A stretch of 64,000 bases of DNA from Anaerolineae bacterium (GCA_020849765.1 JADLAY010000017.1:44906-108905), one strand, 5' to 3'. Shown: positions 26,702-37,010, counted from the first letter of the stretch. Translations and numbers: made by a program. Notes: generated from the letters alone by a model not told the origin.

Positions 26702-27802
26702 ATGCATCGACTTTTTCTGATAGGGGCGGCGCTCGCGGCGGTTTTATTGATCGGCGTGCAGGTGACCGTCGCACAAGACCCGACGGCGACGACTGAGATG
26801 GCCGAGACGGTGGAGAGCCCCATCCCGGAGAACATTCGCCAGTCATTGCTGGCGGGTGGCGTCAATTTGCAGTTTGGCTTTTATGATACGGACAATTACG
26901 AGCCGGAGTCGTTTGACGAGGAACTGCCGTTGATCGCCGAGGCGGGCGCGCGCCACGTGCGGCTGCCGATCAGCATGGACATTCTCGAACGCGATCAAAC
27001 CGGGCGCCTGCGCAGCGACCGCTTCGCCGACGTCAAGCGCTTCGTCGAGCTGGCGCAGTCATACGGCCTGCTCACGATCATCGACGTGCACAACACCGGC
27101 CTGCGCGAATGCGACGGCTGCCCATGGACAGAAAATTACATGTGGGGCGTGGACGTGCCGAGTGTGCGCGAGCGCCACACCAGCCTGATGGTGGCGCTGG
27201 TCACAGAGTTGTATCGCAGTGGTCTGGATCGCGATTGGTTCGTCGTTCAGCCCGCCAACGAGCCGATCTTCTCCAGCAATCCAGGCGACTGGTACGCATA
27301 TCAGGCGGAACTGCTCGGCGAAATGCGCCAGGAGTGCCCGGACTGTGTGTTCTTCGCCATGGCCCACGACTGGCAGAGCATCCAGGCGACCGTCGACAAC
27401 CTCAATCCCCCGCTTGACGATCCGCTGCTCATCTACGACGTGCATTTCTACGAGCCGCTGGCGCTGACTCACTGCGCATTTCCGGGCCAGGAGAACACCT
27501 GCCTCGGATTGGAATACCCCGGCACGTTTACTTCGTGGCGCGGCGAGGAATACTGGGACAAGGCCAAGATCGAAGAGACCTTCCAGCCGCTCGTCAACTG
27601 GCGCGATCAGTATGGCGTGATGGTGCACTTCAGCGAGGTCGGCACTGCTGACCTGCTGGCCGAAGATGTGCGCGCCCATTACCTCGGCGACGTGGTGTCG
27701 ACCCTGCGTGAAGACGGCTTCGGCTACTCGATCTTCGAGTGGCACCGCAACTTCGGCGTCAAGGGCTTCCCGGACGTGCTGGCGGCGGTCTTCCCTAACT
27801 AG
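26702..27802 (+). CDS. glycoside hydrolase family 5 (cellulase-like), secreted
   Basis: Signal peptide. Conserved NEP acid/base motif (VVQPANEP) and nucleophile region HFSEVG. Confidence 0.8.
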   Translation: MHRLFLIGAALAAVLLIGVQVTVAQDPTATTEMAETVESPIPENIRQSLLAGGVNLQFGFYDTDNYEPESFDEELPLIAEAGARHVRLPISMDILERDQTGRLRSDRFADVKRFVELAQSYGLLTIIDVHNTGLRECDGCPWTENYMWGVDVPSVRERHTSLMVALVTELYRSGLDRDWFVVQPANEPIFSSNPGDWYAYQAELLGEMRQECPDCVFFAMAHDWQSIQATVDNLNPPLDDPLLIYDVHFYEPLALTHCAFPGQENTCLGLEYPGTFTSWRGEEYWDKAKIEETFQPLVNWRDQYGVMVHFSEVGTADLLAEDVRAHYLGDVVSTLREDGFGYSIFEWHRNFGVKGFPDVLAAVFPN

Positions 27803-27826
27803 AAACGGCCACAATCCCCTACGGAT

Positions 27827-27867
27827 AAAAACAGGCGGCGCATCGGTCAAAGATGCGCCGCCTGTTT
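27827..27867. terminator. bidirectional terminator between convergent GH5 and secreted-protein genes
   Basis: AAAAACAGGCGGCGCATC-GGTCAAA-GATGCGCCGCCTGTTT with flanking A/T runs. Confidence 0.7.
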
Positions 27868-27891
27868 GTTCTCGAACTGTGATACACGGAC

Positions 27892-28428
27892 TCAGCGGGC
27901 GAAGATCGAGATGGTGCCGCTCTCGCCGACCGAGCGCCCATCGACGAACTGCACGGTACTGCTGACGATCACATCCGCCAGGTACAGGTCGGCATACGCG
28001 CCGGACACCGACAGGATCACCCCGGTCGCACGGATGGTAGCCAGGTCTTCACCTTCGGGGTGATGGAAGTTGCCCGCATAATAGCCCTCGATCATGCCGG
28101 CCTCGGTTTCAATCGTGAACATGACCGTCACCTGATGAAATGGCGGTGACGGATTGGACGTCATCTCGCTGACGCGCGCCGTGATGGTGCCCGCGAGCGT
28201 GCCGCTCGCCGACCCCGCCGACATGATGCGGAAGGTCATGCGCCCGTCCGTCAGCAGTTCGATCGTGGGCGGCCCGGCAGCCGCGGTGCTGAAATCCACG
28301 ACGACGGGCGTGCTCGCAAGATTGATGGGTTCAATCATGTCCGCCTCCTGAGCCAGCGCCATGCCGGACAGGCCGACAATAGCGAGGCAGACGACCAACA
28401 GGGTGAGAAAGTGGCTTCGCTTCAACAT
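27892..28428 (-). CDS. secreted hypothetical protein
   Basis: Signal peptide MLKRSHFLTLLVVCLAIVGLSGMALAQ. Beta-rich 150-aa mature domain, no motif recognised. Confidence 0.6.
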   Translation of the reverse strand: MLKRSHFLTLLVVCLAIVGLSGMALAQEADMIEPINLASTPVVVDFSTAAAGPPTIELLTDGRMTFRIMSAGSASGTLAGTITARVSEMTSNPSPPFHQVTVMFTIETEAGMIEGYYAGNFHHPEGEDLATIRATGVILSVSGAYADLYLADVIVSSTVQFVDGRSVGESGTISIFAR

Positions 28429-28565
28429 GGTTCGCTCCTGAAATAGTGAATGGACTTCTCCAATGAACCATGTTCAGGCGGCAAACCGAAGGCGTCATCC
28501 GCACAAAAAACCGTACAATGATCTCATAATAGCTATTTTACGAAAACTCAGGCAATTTACGGGGT

Positions 28566-30917
28566 TTGATGGTTCAGGAAATCACCTTCAGTCAATGGCT
28601 CAAGACGCGGCGCAAACTGTTGGATCTCACACAGCAGGCGCTGGCGGATCGCATCCACTGCTCGGTCGAGACGATCTTCAAGATCGAAGCCGGGCAGCGC
28701 CGCCCCTCACCGCAGATCGCGCGGCTGATCGCCGACGAGCTGAACATCCCGGCGCATGAGCAAGACGACTTCATCGGCTTCGCGCGCGCCGAAGCGCCAA
28801 CCCGCCTGCACAGCCACCGAGTCGAGTTCACGCCCTGGCGCGACGCCTTCATTCCCCAGCACAATCTGCCGCTGCAGTTCACGGCGTTGATCGGGCGCGA
28901 GCAGCACGCCCAGGAAGCGCTCGTGCGCCTGCGCGAGGAAGACGTGCGCCTGCTGACGATTCTGGGGCCGCCCGGCATCGGCAAAACCCGGCTCGCGATC
29001 CAACTGGGCAGCGACGCCCTGCTCGACTTCCCCGACGGCGTCACGTTCGTCGAGCTGGCCTCCGTCACCCAGCCTGACCGCGTGATCCCGGCCATCGCCC
29101 GCACGCTCGACATCTCGATTGCCGGTCACAAGAAGCCGCTCGAAAGCCTGCAAGCCTATCTCTACGAGCGGCACACACTGCTCATCCTCGACAACTTCGA
29201 GCAAATCCTGGACGCAGCGCCCGACGTGCATGCCCTGCTGGCCGCCTGCCCGCTGATCAAGGTGGTCGCCACCAGCCGCGCGCCGCTCCGTCTGCGCGGC
29301 GAACGGCAGTTCCCGTTACAACCGCTGGCGCTGCCCGCACGCATCAACGATCTGAATGTCCACGGGCTGGCAGGCTATGCGTCCATCCAGTTGTTCGTCG
29401 ACCGGGCACGAGCTGTACAGCCCGGCTTCGCGCTGAGCGCCGATAATGCCGCCGCGCTGGCTGCCATCTGCGCCCGGCTTGACGGCCTGCCGCTCGCCAT
29501 CGAGATCGTCGCGGCGCAGGTGGCCGTGCTGCAACCGGAGGAAATCCTCGATCATCTGACCGGGCGGCGACTGCTGCAAAGCCAGGGCATGGCCGATGCT
29601 GATCCGCGCCATCAAACACTGAACGCTGCCATCGACTGGAGCTATCGCCAGCTTCATGACGACGAGCAGGTCTTCTTCCGGCGTATGGGCATCTTCGTCG
29701 ATGGCTGTGCGCTCGAAGCCGCTCAGGCTGTCTGCCAGCCGGAGCAGGACATTGTCCAGGTGCTGTCCAAGCTCGTGAGCATGAATCTGCTCAAACGCGA
29801 AACGGGCGCGGGGGGCGCATCCCGCTACCAGATGCTGGATACACTGCGCGCCTTCGCCCGCCAGGAACTGCATGCGCAAGCTGAATGGGATCCGCTTCTA
29901 TCACGCCACGCCGCTTATTTCCACGACTTCGCCCTGGCGCAAGAGGCGAGCGTGCGCAGTCACGGTCAGGTCGACGGCCTGGAGCGCGTCGAGCGCGAGC
30001 ACAGCAATCTTCAGGCGGCGCTGGATTACTTCCTGGCGACAGGGGCATGGGCGCAAGGGCTGACGCTGGCCGGGGCGCTGATCGAGTTCTGGGTCTATCG
30101 CAACCACCTGCTCGTCGGCCTGGATTACGTTCGCGCGTTCCTGGATGCCACGGCGGGCGATCCAGCGCTGCACGCGAGCCGGGCGCGGCTGTTGAACGGC
30201 GCGGCTATCCTGGCCTATTTTGCCGGGGATTATGCCGCCATCGGCCCCTATGCCGAAGCGGCACTCGCGGCAGCACAATCGGCCAACAACCCGCGCGAGA
30301 TCGCCTGGGCCTGCGCCAACCTGGGCATGATGAGCGGCGGCATGCACGATTTCGCAGCGGCGATCCGGTTCTTCGAGCAGGGCATGGCTGCAGCTCAAGA
30401 AGCCGATCTCCCATGGGAGACGGGCAGCCTGCTCAACGGCCTGGGCGAAGTCGCGCGCAGCCAGCGGCGCTATGAGGAAGCGATGCGCTACTACCAGCGC
30501 GGGCTTGCCGATGCCCGAAAGCTGGGGAATCACTGGCTCGCGGCGCACATCCTCGACAACATTGCGCACGCTGCCTATGCCCAGGGGCAGTTCGAGGTCG
30601 CCGCCGCATACACGCGCCAGAGCCTGGAGGCGAGCATGATCCTGGGCGACGAACGCGGCATCGCCATGTGCCTGGAGAAGATGGGCGGGATCGCCATCGC
30701 CAGCGGCGCGCCCGAACGGGCAGCGCACCTCCTCGGCGCGGCGGAAGCCCTGCGCAAAGCCAAGAACGCGCCGGTCGAGGGCATGGATGCCGAGGATTAT
30801 CATCGCTTCGTGGCCGACGTGCGCCAACAGCTCGCCCCGGATGCGCTCGAAGCAGCCTGGCAGTTCGGGGGGCAAACGCCCCTGGCGCAGATCATCGATC
30901 AGGTGCTCAACGGCTGA
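28566..30917 (+). CDS. XRE-type HTH + NB-ARC/AAA (STAND) ATPase + TPR-repeat transcriptional regulator
   Basis: N-terminal HTH (LTQQALADRIHCSVETIFKIEAG), Walker A GPPGIGKT, hhhhD Walker B LLILDNFE, C-terminal TPR-like repeats. Confidence 0.8.
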   Translation: MMVQEITFSQWLKTRRKLLDLTQQALADRIHCSVETIFKIEAGQRRPSPQIARLIADELNIPAHEQDDFIGFARAEAPTRLHSHRVEFTPWRDAFIPQHNLPLQFTALIGREQHAQEALVRLREEDVRLLTILGPPGIGKTRLAIQLGSDALLDFPDGVTFVELASVTQPDRVIPAIARTLDISIAGHKKPLESLQAYLYERHTLLILDNFEQILDAAPDVHALLAACPLIKVVATSRAPLRLRGERQFPLQPLALPARINDLNVHGLAGYASIQLFVDRARAVQPGFALSADNAAALAAICARLDGLPLAIEIVAAQVAVLQPEEILDHLTGRRLLQSQGMADADPRHQTLNAAIDWSYRQLHDDEQVFFRRMGIFVDGCALEAAQAVCQPEQDIVQVLSKLVSMNLLKRETGAGGASRYQMLDTLRAFARQELHAQAEWDPLLSRHAAYFHDFALAQEASVRSHGQVDGLERVEREHSNLQAALDYFLATGAWAQGLTLAGALIEFWVYRNHLLVGLDYVRAFLDATAGDPALHASRARLLNGAAILAYFAGDYAAIGPYAEAALAAAQSANNPREIAWACANLGMMSGGMHDFAAAIRFFEQGMAAAQEADLPWETGSLLNGLGEVARSQRRYEEAMRYYQRGLADARKLGNHWLAAHILDNIAHAAYAQGQFEVAAAYTRQSLEASMILGDERGIAMCLEKMGGIAIASGAPERAAHLLGAAEALRKAKNAPVEGMDAEDYHRFVADVRQQLAPDALEAAWQFGGQTPLAQIIDQVLNG

Positions 30918-31079
30918 CAAACAAGGGCGACTCTGGCCTGCCACGGCAGAATTTACGCCGTATTTACGCGACCCCCTAAACTGTAGGTGGCCCGCCACAT
31001 CAAATTTATCCTAAATTAAGAGGGTGCGGCGCGTGCTTCTGGTGCGCGTCGCTTCTATTTGTAGGGTGGGAGGTGGGCC

Positions 31080-32921
31080 ATGTTTGATTTCCTTATTATC
31101 GCGGTGCCAGTACTCGTGGTACTGGTCGTCCTGGTGGTCGTGCTGCCGGGCCTGCTGCTCGGCCTGACGATCATCGGTGAGCGCCAGGTTGGCGTCGTCG
31201 TCAAGCGCTTTGCAGTGAGCGGGAAGTCGCTGACTCCCGGCCAACTGATCGCGCTCAACGGTGAGGCGGGTTACCAGGCGGATACGCTGGCGCCAGGTTG
31301 GCATTTCGGTTACTGGTCGTGGATGTACAACGTCGTCAAAGTGCCGGTGACCGTGATTCCGCAGGGCGAAATCGGCCTGATCGTCGCGGCGGGCGGTGCG
31401 GCTGTCCCAGCGGATCGCATCCTGGGCAAAGTCGTCGATTGCGATAACTTCCAGGACGCGCGTGCCTTCTTGACGCATGGCGGCGAAAAAGGCCGCCAGC
31501 TCGGCATCCTGACGGCGGGCAGCTACCGCATCAACACGGCGCTGTTCACCGTGATCACACGGCGCAATGCCGACCAGAACGACATGAATCCGGACGATCT
31601 GATGGTCCGTTCGATCGAGCCGGATAAGGTCGGCATCCTGACGACGCTGGACGGCGCGCCGATTCTCGATGGTGAGATCGCGGCGCTGTTCCTGCCGGGG
31701 CACGATAACTTCCAGAATGCGCAGGCCTTCATCGACAATGGCGGCCAGCGCGGTCTGCAGGAGCAGGTGCTGCTGTCCGGCAGTTGGAATCTCAACCCGT
31801 GGTTCGTCAAGGTCGAGCAGGTGCCGATGACGGAGATCCCGATCGGCCACGTCGGCGTGGTCATCTCGTTCATCGGTAAGGCACACGTCGACATCAGCGG
31901 CACGGAGTTTAAGCACGGTGACCTGGTCAACACCGGTCACAAGGGCGTGTGGGCGATCCCGCTCTACCCCGGCAAACACCCGATCAACACGCGAGTCATG
32001 CGGGTCGAGCTGGTGCCGACGACCAACATCGTGCTCAACTGGTCGAACCGGATCGAAGCGCATCATTATGATGCCCGTCTGTCGTCGATCACTGTGCGCT
32101 CGCATGATGGCTTCGGCTTCAGCCTGGACGTCTCGCAGGTGATCCACGTCGGTGCGCTGGAAGCGCCGCGCGTCATCTCGCGCGTCGGCTCAGTGCAGAA
32201 TCTGGTCGATCACGTGCTGGAGCCGATCGTCGCCAACTACTTCCGCAATGCGGCCCAGTCGTACACCGTGCTCGACTTCCTGATCGCACGCAGCGATCGC
32301 CAGCACGAGGCGGCTGAACACATCGGGCGCGCGCTGCGGCTGTACGACGTCGAAGCCATCGATACGCTGATCGGCGACATCAACCCGCCGGCAGAGCTGA
32401 TGGCGACGCTGACCGACCGCAAGATCGCGGAGGAGCAGAACAAGACTTACCGCGTGCAGCAGGAAGCGCAGGCGCAGCGCCAGCAGCTCGTGCGCGCGAC
32501 TTCCCTGGCGGACATCCAGCAGGAGGTCGTCCACAGCGAGCAGGGCGTCAACATTGCCGAACTGCAAGCGCAGGCGGCCATCAAGCAGGCGAGCGGCGAC
32601 GCCGAGTCGATCAAGCTGCGCGCTCAGGGTGAAGCTGAGGCCATTCGTGCCCGCGGCGAAGCCCAGGCCGATGCTTACCGCGCCGGTGCCGAAGCGATGG
32701 GCGAGCAGGGCTACACCGCCGTGCAGCTCATGCAGATCGTCGGCGACCGCGGCGTGCGGATCATCCCGGACATCATGGTCGGTGGTCAGGGTCAGGGCGG
32801 CGGCAGCATGGTCGAGGCGCTGCTCGGCCTGCTCATGACGCAGCAGCTCGGCCAGGGGCACAAGCCGGTCACGGTCGAGTCCAACGGCGCGACCAACGGC
32901 AAGACTGAGCCGTCCGCGTAA
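31080..32921 (+). CDS. flotillin-like SPFH/band-7 family membrane protein (YqiK-like)
   Basis: N-terminal TM, two SPFH-like regions, Ala/Glu-rich coiled coil (EAEAIRARGEAQADAYRAGAEA) typical of flotillins. Confidence 0.85.
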   Translation: MFDFLIIAVPVLVVLVVLVVVLPGLLLGLTIIGERQVGVVVKRFAVSGKSLTPGQLIALNGEAGYQADTLAPGWHFGYWSWMYNVVKVPVTVIPQGEIGLIVAAGGAAVPADRILGKVVDCDNFQDARAFLTHGGEKGRQLGILTAGSYRINTALFTVITRRNADQNDMNPDDLMVRSIEPDKVGILTTLDGAPILDGEIAALFLPGHDNFQNAQAFIDNGGQRGLQEQVLLSGSWNLNPWFVKVEQVPMTEIPIGHVGVVISFIGKAHVDISGTEFKHGDLVNTGHKGVWAIPLYPGKHPINTRVMRVELVPTTNIVLNWSNRIEAHHYDARLSSITVRSHDGFGFSLDVSQVIHVGALEAPRVISRVGSVQNLVDHVLEPIVANYFRNAAQSYTVLDFLIARSDRQHEAAEHIGRALRLYDVEAIDTLIGDINPPAELMATLTDRKIAEEQNKTYRVQQEAQAQRQQLVRATSLADIQQEVVHSEQGVNIAELQAQAAIKQASGDAESIKLRAQGEAEAIRARGEAQADAYRAGAEAMGEQGYTAVQLMQIVGDRGVRIIPDIMVGGQGQGGGSMVEALLGLLMTQQLGQGHKPVTVESNGATNGKTEPSA

Positions 32922-32932
32922 GGCAGTATGCG

Positions 32933-32960
32933 GTGGGGCGAGGATTGCGCCTCGCCCCAC
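32933..32960 (+). terminator. hairpin after the flotillin gene (GTGGGGCGAGG-ATTGCG-CCTCGCCCCAC)
   Basis: 11-bp stem. Same GGGGCGAGG/CCTCGCCCC core as the 8152..8199 element. Confidence 0.55.
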
Positions 32961-32970
32961 TGCGATCTTC

Positions 32971-33291
32971 TCACCAGAACAGATCATCCTTCCGCTTTTG
33001 CTTCGAAACCCTCTTCCGTTCTCGCTTCGGCATCACAAATAGGTGCCAGATGATCGCTGTCAGGAGAAATCCGATCACCGGGCTGACCCCGCCCCCTTCC
33101 ATCCACCACAAGGTTTTTACAAACCCAAGACCTGGGAAAACATCGCGAGGATCGAGATCGGCCAGAAACTGCTGCCACGAGAGTTCAATCGCCAGGTATA
33201 TGATTGCGCCAACCACGAGTGTCGATATCACAAACAAGACGCCGAATTGCACATGCCGGGCAGTTTTGCGCTTTGGATCGTGATCGAACAT
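32971..33291 (-). CDS. small membrane protein (hypothetical)
   Basis: 106 aa, two TM helices, basic C-terminus. Weak RBS. Confidence 0.5.
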   Translation of the reverse strand: MFDHDPKRKTARHVQFGVLFVISTLVVGAIIYLAIELSWQQFLADLDPRDVFPGLGFVKTLWWMEGGGVSPVIGFLLTAIIWHLFVMPKRERKRVSKQKRKDDLFW

Positions 33292-33648
33292 GGGCCGGTG
33301 ACCTCTCGAACGCGGTCAAGAGCCTGCTTGATAAGGTATATACAGCCTCGGCCTCGGATATTCCCAGTCGACGCCGGGCGTAGGGATTTGGCGACGCCAA
33401 ATCCTCCACGTGAATCCCTGGCCTGCGACTATTTTCTGGCGGGGCCGGGGTGTGCCGCGTTATACTGCGCACATCTATCTGTAATCGCAATTCAAGAGCG
33501 CCCACGCGCCTCCGTCGCAGACAGATCATCGATCGGCTGGATGGTTCTAAGCGCGCTGATGGCGCAGAGTCCATCAACGAAAATGGACGGCATAGTTTAC
33601 AGATAGCGATACAGAATTATGCCTTTAAAGGAGGCGGTCTTGACTTAC

Positions 33649-34635
33649 ATGCCTGCAGAAACCCGTTATGATTCCATGCGCTACAACCGGACGGGACGCA
33701 GCGGCTTGCTGCTGCCTGCGGTGTCGCTCGGCATCTGGTACAACTTCGGCGGCGTCGATCCGCTGGAAAATGCCCGCGCCATGATCCACAAGGCATTCGA
33801 CCTGGGCATCACGCACATCGACATCGGCAACAACTACGGGCCGCCGCCCGGCTCGGCGGAAGAGACGCTCGGCCGCATTCTGCGCGACGACCTCTCCAGC
33901 TACCGCGACGAACTGGTCATCTCGGACAAGGCCGGTTACTACATGTGGCCCGGCCCTTATGGCGAGTGGGGATCGCGCAAGTACCTGATCGCGAGCTGCG
34001 ACCAGAGCCTCAAGCGCACCGGCCTCGAATACTTTGACATCTTCTACAGCCACCGGCCCGACCCGGACACACCGCTCGAAGAGACGATGGGCGCGCTCGA
34101 CTATATCGTGCGCAGCGGACGCGCGCTCTACGCGGGCATCTCGACCTACAGCCTGGAGCAGACGCGCGAAGCCTCACGCATCCTGCGCGAACTGGGCACG
34201 CCCTGCCTGATCCACCAGCCGCGCTACAACATGTTCGACCGCTGGATCGAGGACGGCCTGCTCGACGTGCTCGAAGAAGAAGGCATCGGCTGCATCGCCT
34301 TCTCGCCGCTGGCGCAGGGCATCCTGACCAACAAGTACATCCGCGAGATGCCGGATGATTCGCGGGCGCAGAAGCTGTCCGGTCGCTTCCACTGGGGCGA
34401 TGAGGTCAGCGAAGATCGTGTCGCTATGGTGCGCAAGCTGAACGAGATTGCCAAGGCGCGCGGGCAGAACATGGCCCAACTGGCCGTCGCCTGGGTGCTG
34501 CGCAACAAGGGCATGACCTCGGCGCTGATCGGCGCCAGCCGCCCGGAGCAGATCGAGGACGTGGTCAAGGCGCTCGACAACCTGGACTTCAGCGACGAAG
34601 AGCTGCAGGCCATCGAAGGCATCCTGGCCGGGTAA
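33649..34635 (+). CDS. aldo/keto reductase (YghZ/Gpr-like, Kv-beta type)
   Basis: N-terminus MPAETRYDSMRYNRTGRSGLLLPAVSLGIWYNFG parallels E. coli YghZ. AKR catalytic tetrad context. AAAGGAGG upstream. The earlier ATG at 33619 is also possible. Confidence 0.85.
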   Translation: MPAETRYDSMRYNRTGRSGLLLPAVSLGIWYNFGGVDPLENARAMIHKAFDLGITHIDIGNNYGPPPGSAEETLGRILRDDLSSYRDELVISDKAGYYMWPGPYGEWGSRKYLIASCDQSLKRTGLEYFDIFYSHRPDPDTPLEETMGALDYIVRSGRALYAGISTYSLEQTREASRILRELGTPCLIHQPRYNMFDRWIEDGLLDVLEEEGIGCIAFSPLAQGILTNKYIREMPDDSRAQKLSGRFHWGDEVSEDRVAMVRKLNEIAKARGQNMAQLAVAWVLRNKGMTSALIGASRPEQIEDVVKALDNLDFSDEELQAIEGILAG

Positions 34636-34648
34636 CTCAGGCGGCATT

Positions 34649-35185
34649 GTGCCGGATGTGATCACCGATCTCGCCGAGATCGAGCAGTTGGCGCGGGCGC
34701 GCCGCGACGAATTCGAGATCCTGCGCTACCAGTTGGAAGCGATGGACGACCTCGACGACGCGGCGCTCGACGCCTTTGTCGATGCGGTCGCAGCGCCGAT
34801 CGTTGCGGCCATCGACTGCACGCAGTGCGCCAACTGCTGCCGCTCGCTCCACGTCTACGTCACGGCGGAGGATGCGCAGCGCCTCGCCGATGGACTGCAC
34901 ATTCCCCTCGACGCCATCGAGACGCGCTACATCAATCGCGAGGCCGCGCAGGCGGACGATGAATGGGGCATGCTGCGCGCGCGCCCGTGTGCGTTTCTCC
35001 AGGGTAAGCTGTGTTCGGTCTACGCGCAGCGGCCGGATGCGTGCCGCCGCTATCCGCAGTTCACGCCGGACTTCCGCTGGACGCTGGCGGATACCCTCGA
35101 CGGCGCCGCCCTGTGCCCGATCATCTACAATGTGCTGAGCGAGATCGTCCGCCGCGTCGACGCGGGCGAACTGAAGGAATCCTGA
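34649..35185 (+). CDS. YkgJ-family (UPF0153) cysteine-cluster protein
   Basis: CTQCANCC and later Cys motifs characteristic of the Fe-S/zinc-chelating YkgJ family. Confidence 0.7.
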   Translation: MPDVITDLAEIEQLARARRDEFEILRYQLEAMDDLDDAALDAFVDAVAAPIVAAIDCTQCANCCRSLHVYVTAEDAQRLADGLHIPLDAIETRYINREAAQADDEWGMLRARPCAFLQGKLCSVYAQRPDACRRYPQFTPDFRWTLADTLDGAALCPIIYNVLSEIVRRVDAGELKES

Positions 35186-35188
35186 CGG

Positions 35189-35929
35189 CTAATCGCCCTC
35201 GTTATCTTCCGGGCGCGTCAGGCGCATGAAGGCGCGCTCCTGCGGGGAGAGGAAGGTCGGGTATTCGGTCTCGTCGTAAGCTTCGAGGATGCGGTAGCCC
35301 TCTTTGATGTAGCTGCGGATCGTGTGCAGGCTGATGCCCATCTCGTCCGCCGCCAGGTGCGCGGGCATGCCCTTGACGACGCACAACTCAATCGCCTGGC
35401 GCACGCGGTCGGTCAGATGCGGGTACTCGCGCTGCTTGGGCAGCACCGCCGCCGCGTGGATGCGGCTGGACATGTCGTCGCGCCGGCTAACCATGCGCGC
35501 GATCTCCTGCGTGACGAGGAAGTCATGATCGCGGGCGTAGACGATGGCCCAGGCGATTTGCAGGCGCACCTCGTGCTTGAGCAGGTAGGCGCGTGCCCCA
35601 GCACGATCCGCCGCGGCGATCAGGGCCGGGTCGGCGAACTGGGCCAGGCAGATGATCATGACATCCTTGATGGTCGAGCGCATCTTCTTGATCGCGCCCT
35701 CCAGCATCTCCGGGCCGCCCATGTGATCCGAGTCGAAGACGATGATATCCGGCAGTTCAGCCAGCGGCGTCTCCGCCAGGTAGGTCCACATCGCTTCAGC
35801 GCTCTCGGTCAGGAAGGTCACGCGCGTGCGCCGATCCCAGGCGAGGTAGCCGTTGATGGCCTGGAGGGCGTAGTAATCACTATCCAACAGCAAGACCTTG
35901 AGGTTGATATTGCTGATCGGGTCGTTCAT
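35189..35929 (-). CDS. LuxR/NarL-type response regulator (receiver-like domain + LuxR HTH)
   Basis: N-terminal REC-like domain (possibly atypical). C-terminal LuxR HTH (AHLAADEMGISLHTIRSYIKEG). Confidence 0.75.
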   Translation of the reverse strand: MNDPISNINLKVLLLDSDYYALQAINGYLAWDRRTRVTFLTESAEAMWTYLAETPLAELPDIIVFDSDHMGGPEMLEGAIKKMRSTIKDVMIICLAQFADPALIAAADRAGARAYLLKHEVRLQIAWAIVYARDHDFLVTQEIARMVSRRDDMSSRIHAAAVLPKQREYPHLTDRVRQAIELCVVKGMPAHLAADEMGISLHTIRSYIKEGYRILEAYDETEYPTFLSPQERAFMRLTRPEDNEGD

Positions 35930-36093
35930 GACCGTTATGCCCTTCTTGCCCCTGCGGCGTCCACCTGAAATGACCTTCTAAGTATACGCCATCACGCGGC
36001 GCTGAAAATAACAAACATCCTCACAATGTGCAGGCCCGGCAAATTGCGGTATGATCCGCCTCTGATGGCCTACAGCAAGCTGCGAGAGATCGT

Positions 36094-36366
36094 ATGACGA
36101 CCGAATCTCAGGGTCTGGCAAAATTCCCGCCCGTGCGCTGGGCAATGATACATCCGCGCCTCGCCGCCTGGATCGTGCTCTCCGTCGGCATGATCGTGCT
36201 CTTGATCGTCGAAGCGCGCGATGTCGGTCTGCTTCCAGGCCAGTGGCTTGCGCTGTTCGTCGCCTGCGTGCTCGTCTCCGGGCTGTGCATCTGGATCATC
36301 AGTTGGGAAGATGACGACGAGGAAGACGAGACGGTCGATGCCGACTCCGGCCAGAACTCGGCCTGA
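36094..36366 (+). CDS. small membrane protein with acidic C-terminal tail (hypothetical)
   Basis: 90 aa, two TM helices, DDDEEDE tail. Confidence 0.45.
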   Translation: MTTESQGLAKFPPVRWAMIHPRLAAWIVLSVGMIVLLIVEARDVGLLPGQWLALFVACVLVSGLCIWIISWEDDDEEDETVDADSGQNSA

Positions 36367-36380
36367 AGTCTGAGCCGCCG

Positions 36381-37010
36381 ATGGGCGACTATCCCCCAGG
36401 GTTCTACCTCCAGGCGGCCATTGAGACGCCCTGGAAAGTCCACAACAGCCTGATCCGCCACCTTGTCATCCCGGTGGCGCGCCTCAAGTTTGCGCTGGCC
36501 GGTATCCCCTGGCGGCGCGGATGGATGCTCTACGGCGTGCCGATCCTGCTCAAGCACCGCCAGAGCACGATCGCCATCGGCGACCGGCTCAGTCTGCGCT
36601 CGACGCTGCGCAGCAATCCACTCGGCCCCAATCACCCCGTCATCCTGTGCACCTGGCGCGAGGGCGCGCGCCTCATCATCGGCGACGACTTCGGCATGAC
36701 CGGCGGCTGCATCGTCGCCGAGCAGGAGATCGTCATCGGCAACCGCGTGACCATCGGCGCCAACTGCACGATCATGGACACCGACTTCCACCCGCTCGAT
36801 CCACAAACGCGTCACGCACGCCCGTACGACGCGGCCACCGCCCCCGTGCGCATCGAGGACGACGTGTTCGTCGGCATGAACAGCCTGATCCTCAAGGGCG
36901 TCACCCTCGGCGCAGGCAGCGTGATCGGCGCGGGCAGCGTCGTCACGTCCGACATCCCGCCCGGCGTGATCGCCGCGGGGGTGCCTGCGAAGGTGATCAG
37001 GGGGTTGTGA
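36381..37010 (+). CDS. hexapeptide-repeat (left-handed beta-helix) acetyltransferase
   Basis: Repeated [LIV]G-x4 hexapeptide motifs (IGANCTIMDTDFH, VFVGMNSLILKGVTLGAGSVIGAGSVV). Confidence 0.8.
   Translation: MGDYPPGFYLQAAIETPWKVHNSLIRHLVIPVARLKFALAGIPWRRGWMLYGVPILLKHRQSTIAIGDRLSLRSTLRSNPLGPNHPVILCTWREGARLIIGDDFGMTGGCIVAEQEIVIGNRVTIGANCTIMDTDFHPLDPQTRHARPYDAATAPVRIEDDVFVGMNSLILKGVTLGAGSVIGAGSVVTSDIPPGVIAAGVPAKVIRGL

Noticed and set aside
26495-26707. 71-residue N-terminal extension of the GreA ORF (MHLLILALLLHYARV...).
   Set aside because: GreA homologs begin at the coiled-coil Met (MAAENF). That start has a GGAGG RBS. The extension overlaps the divergent GH5 promoter region.
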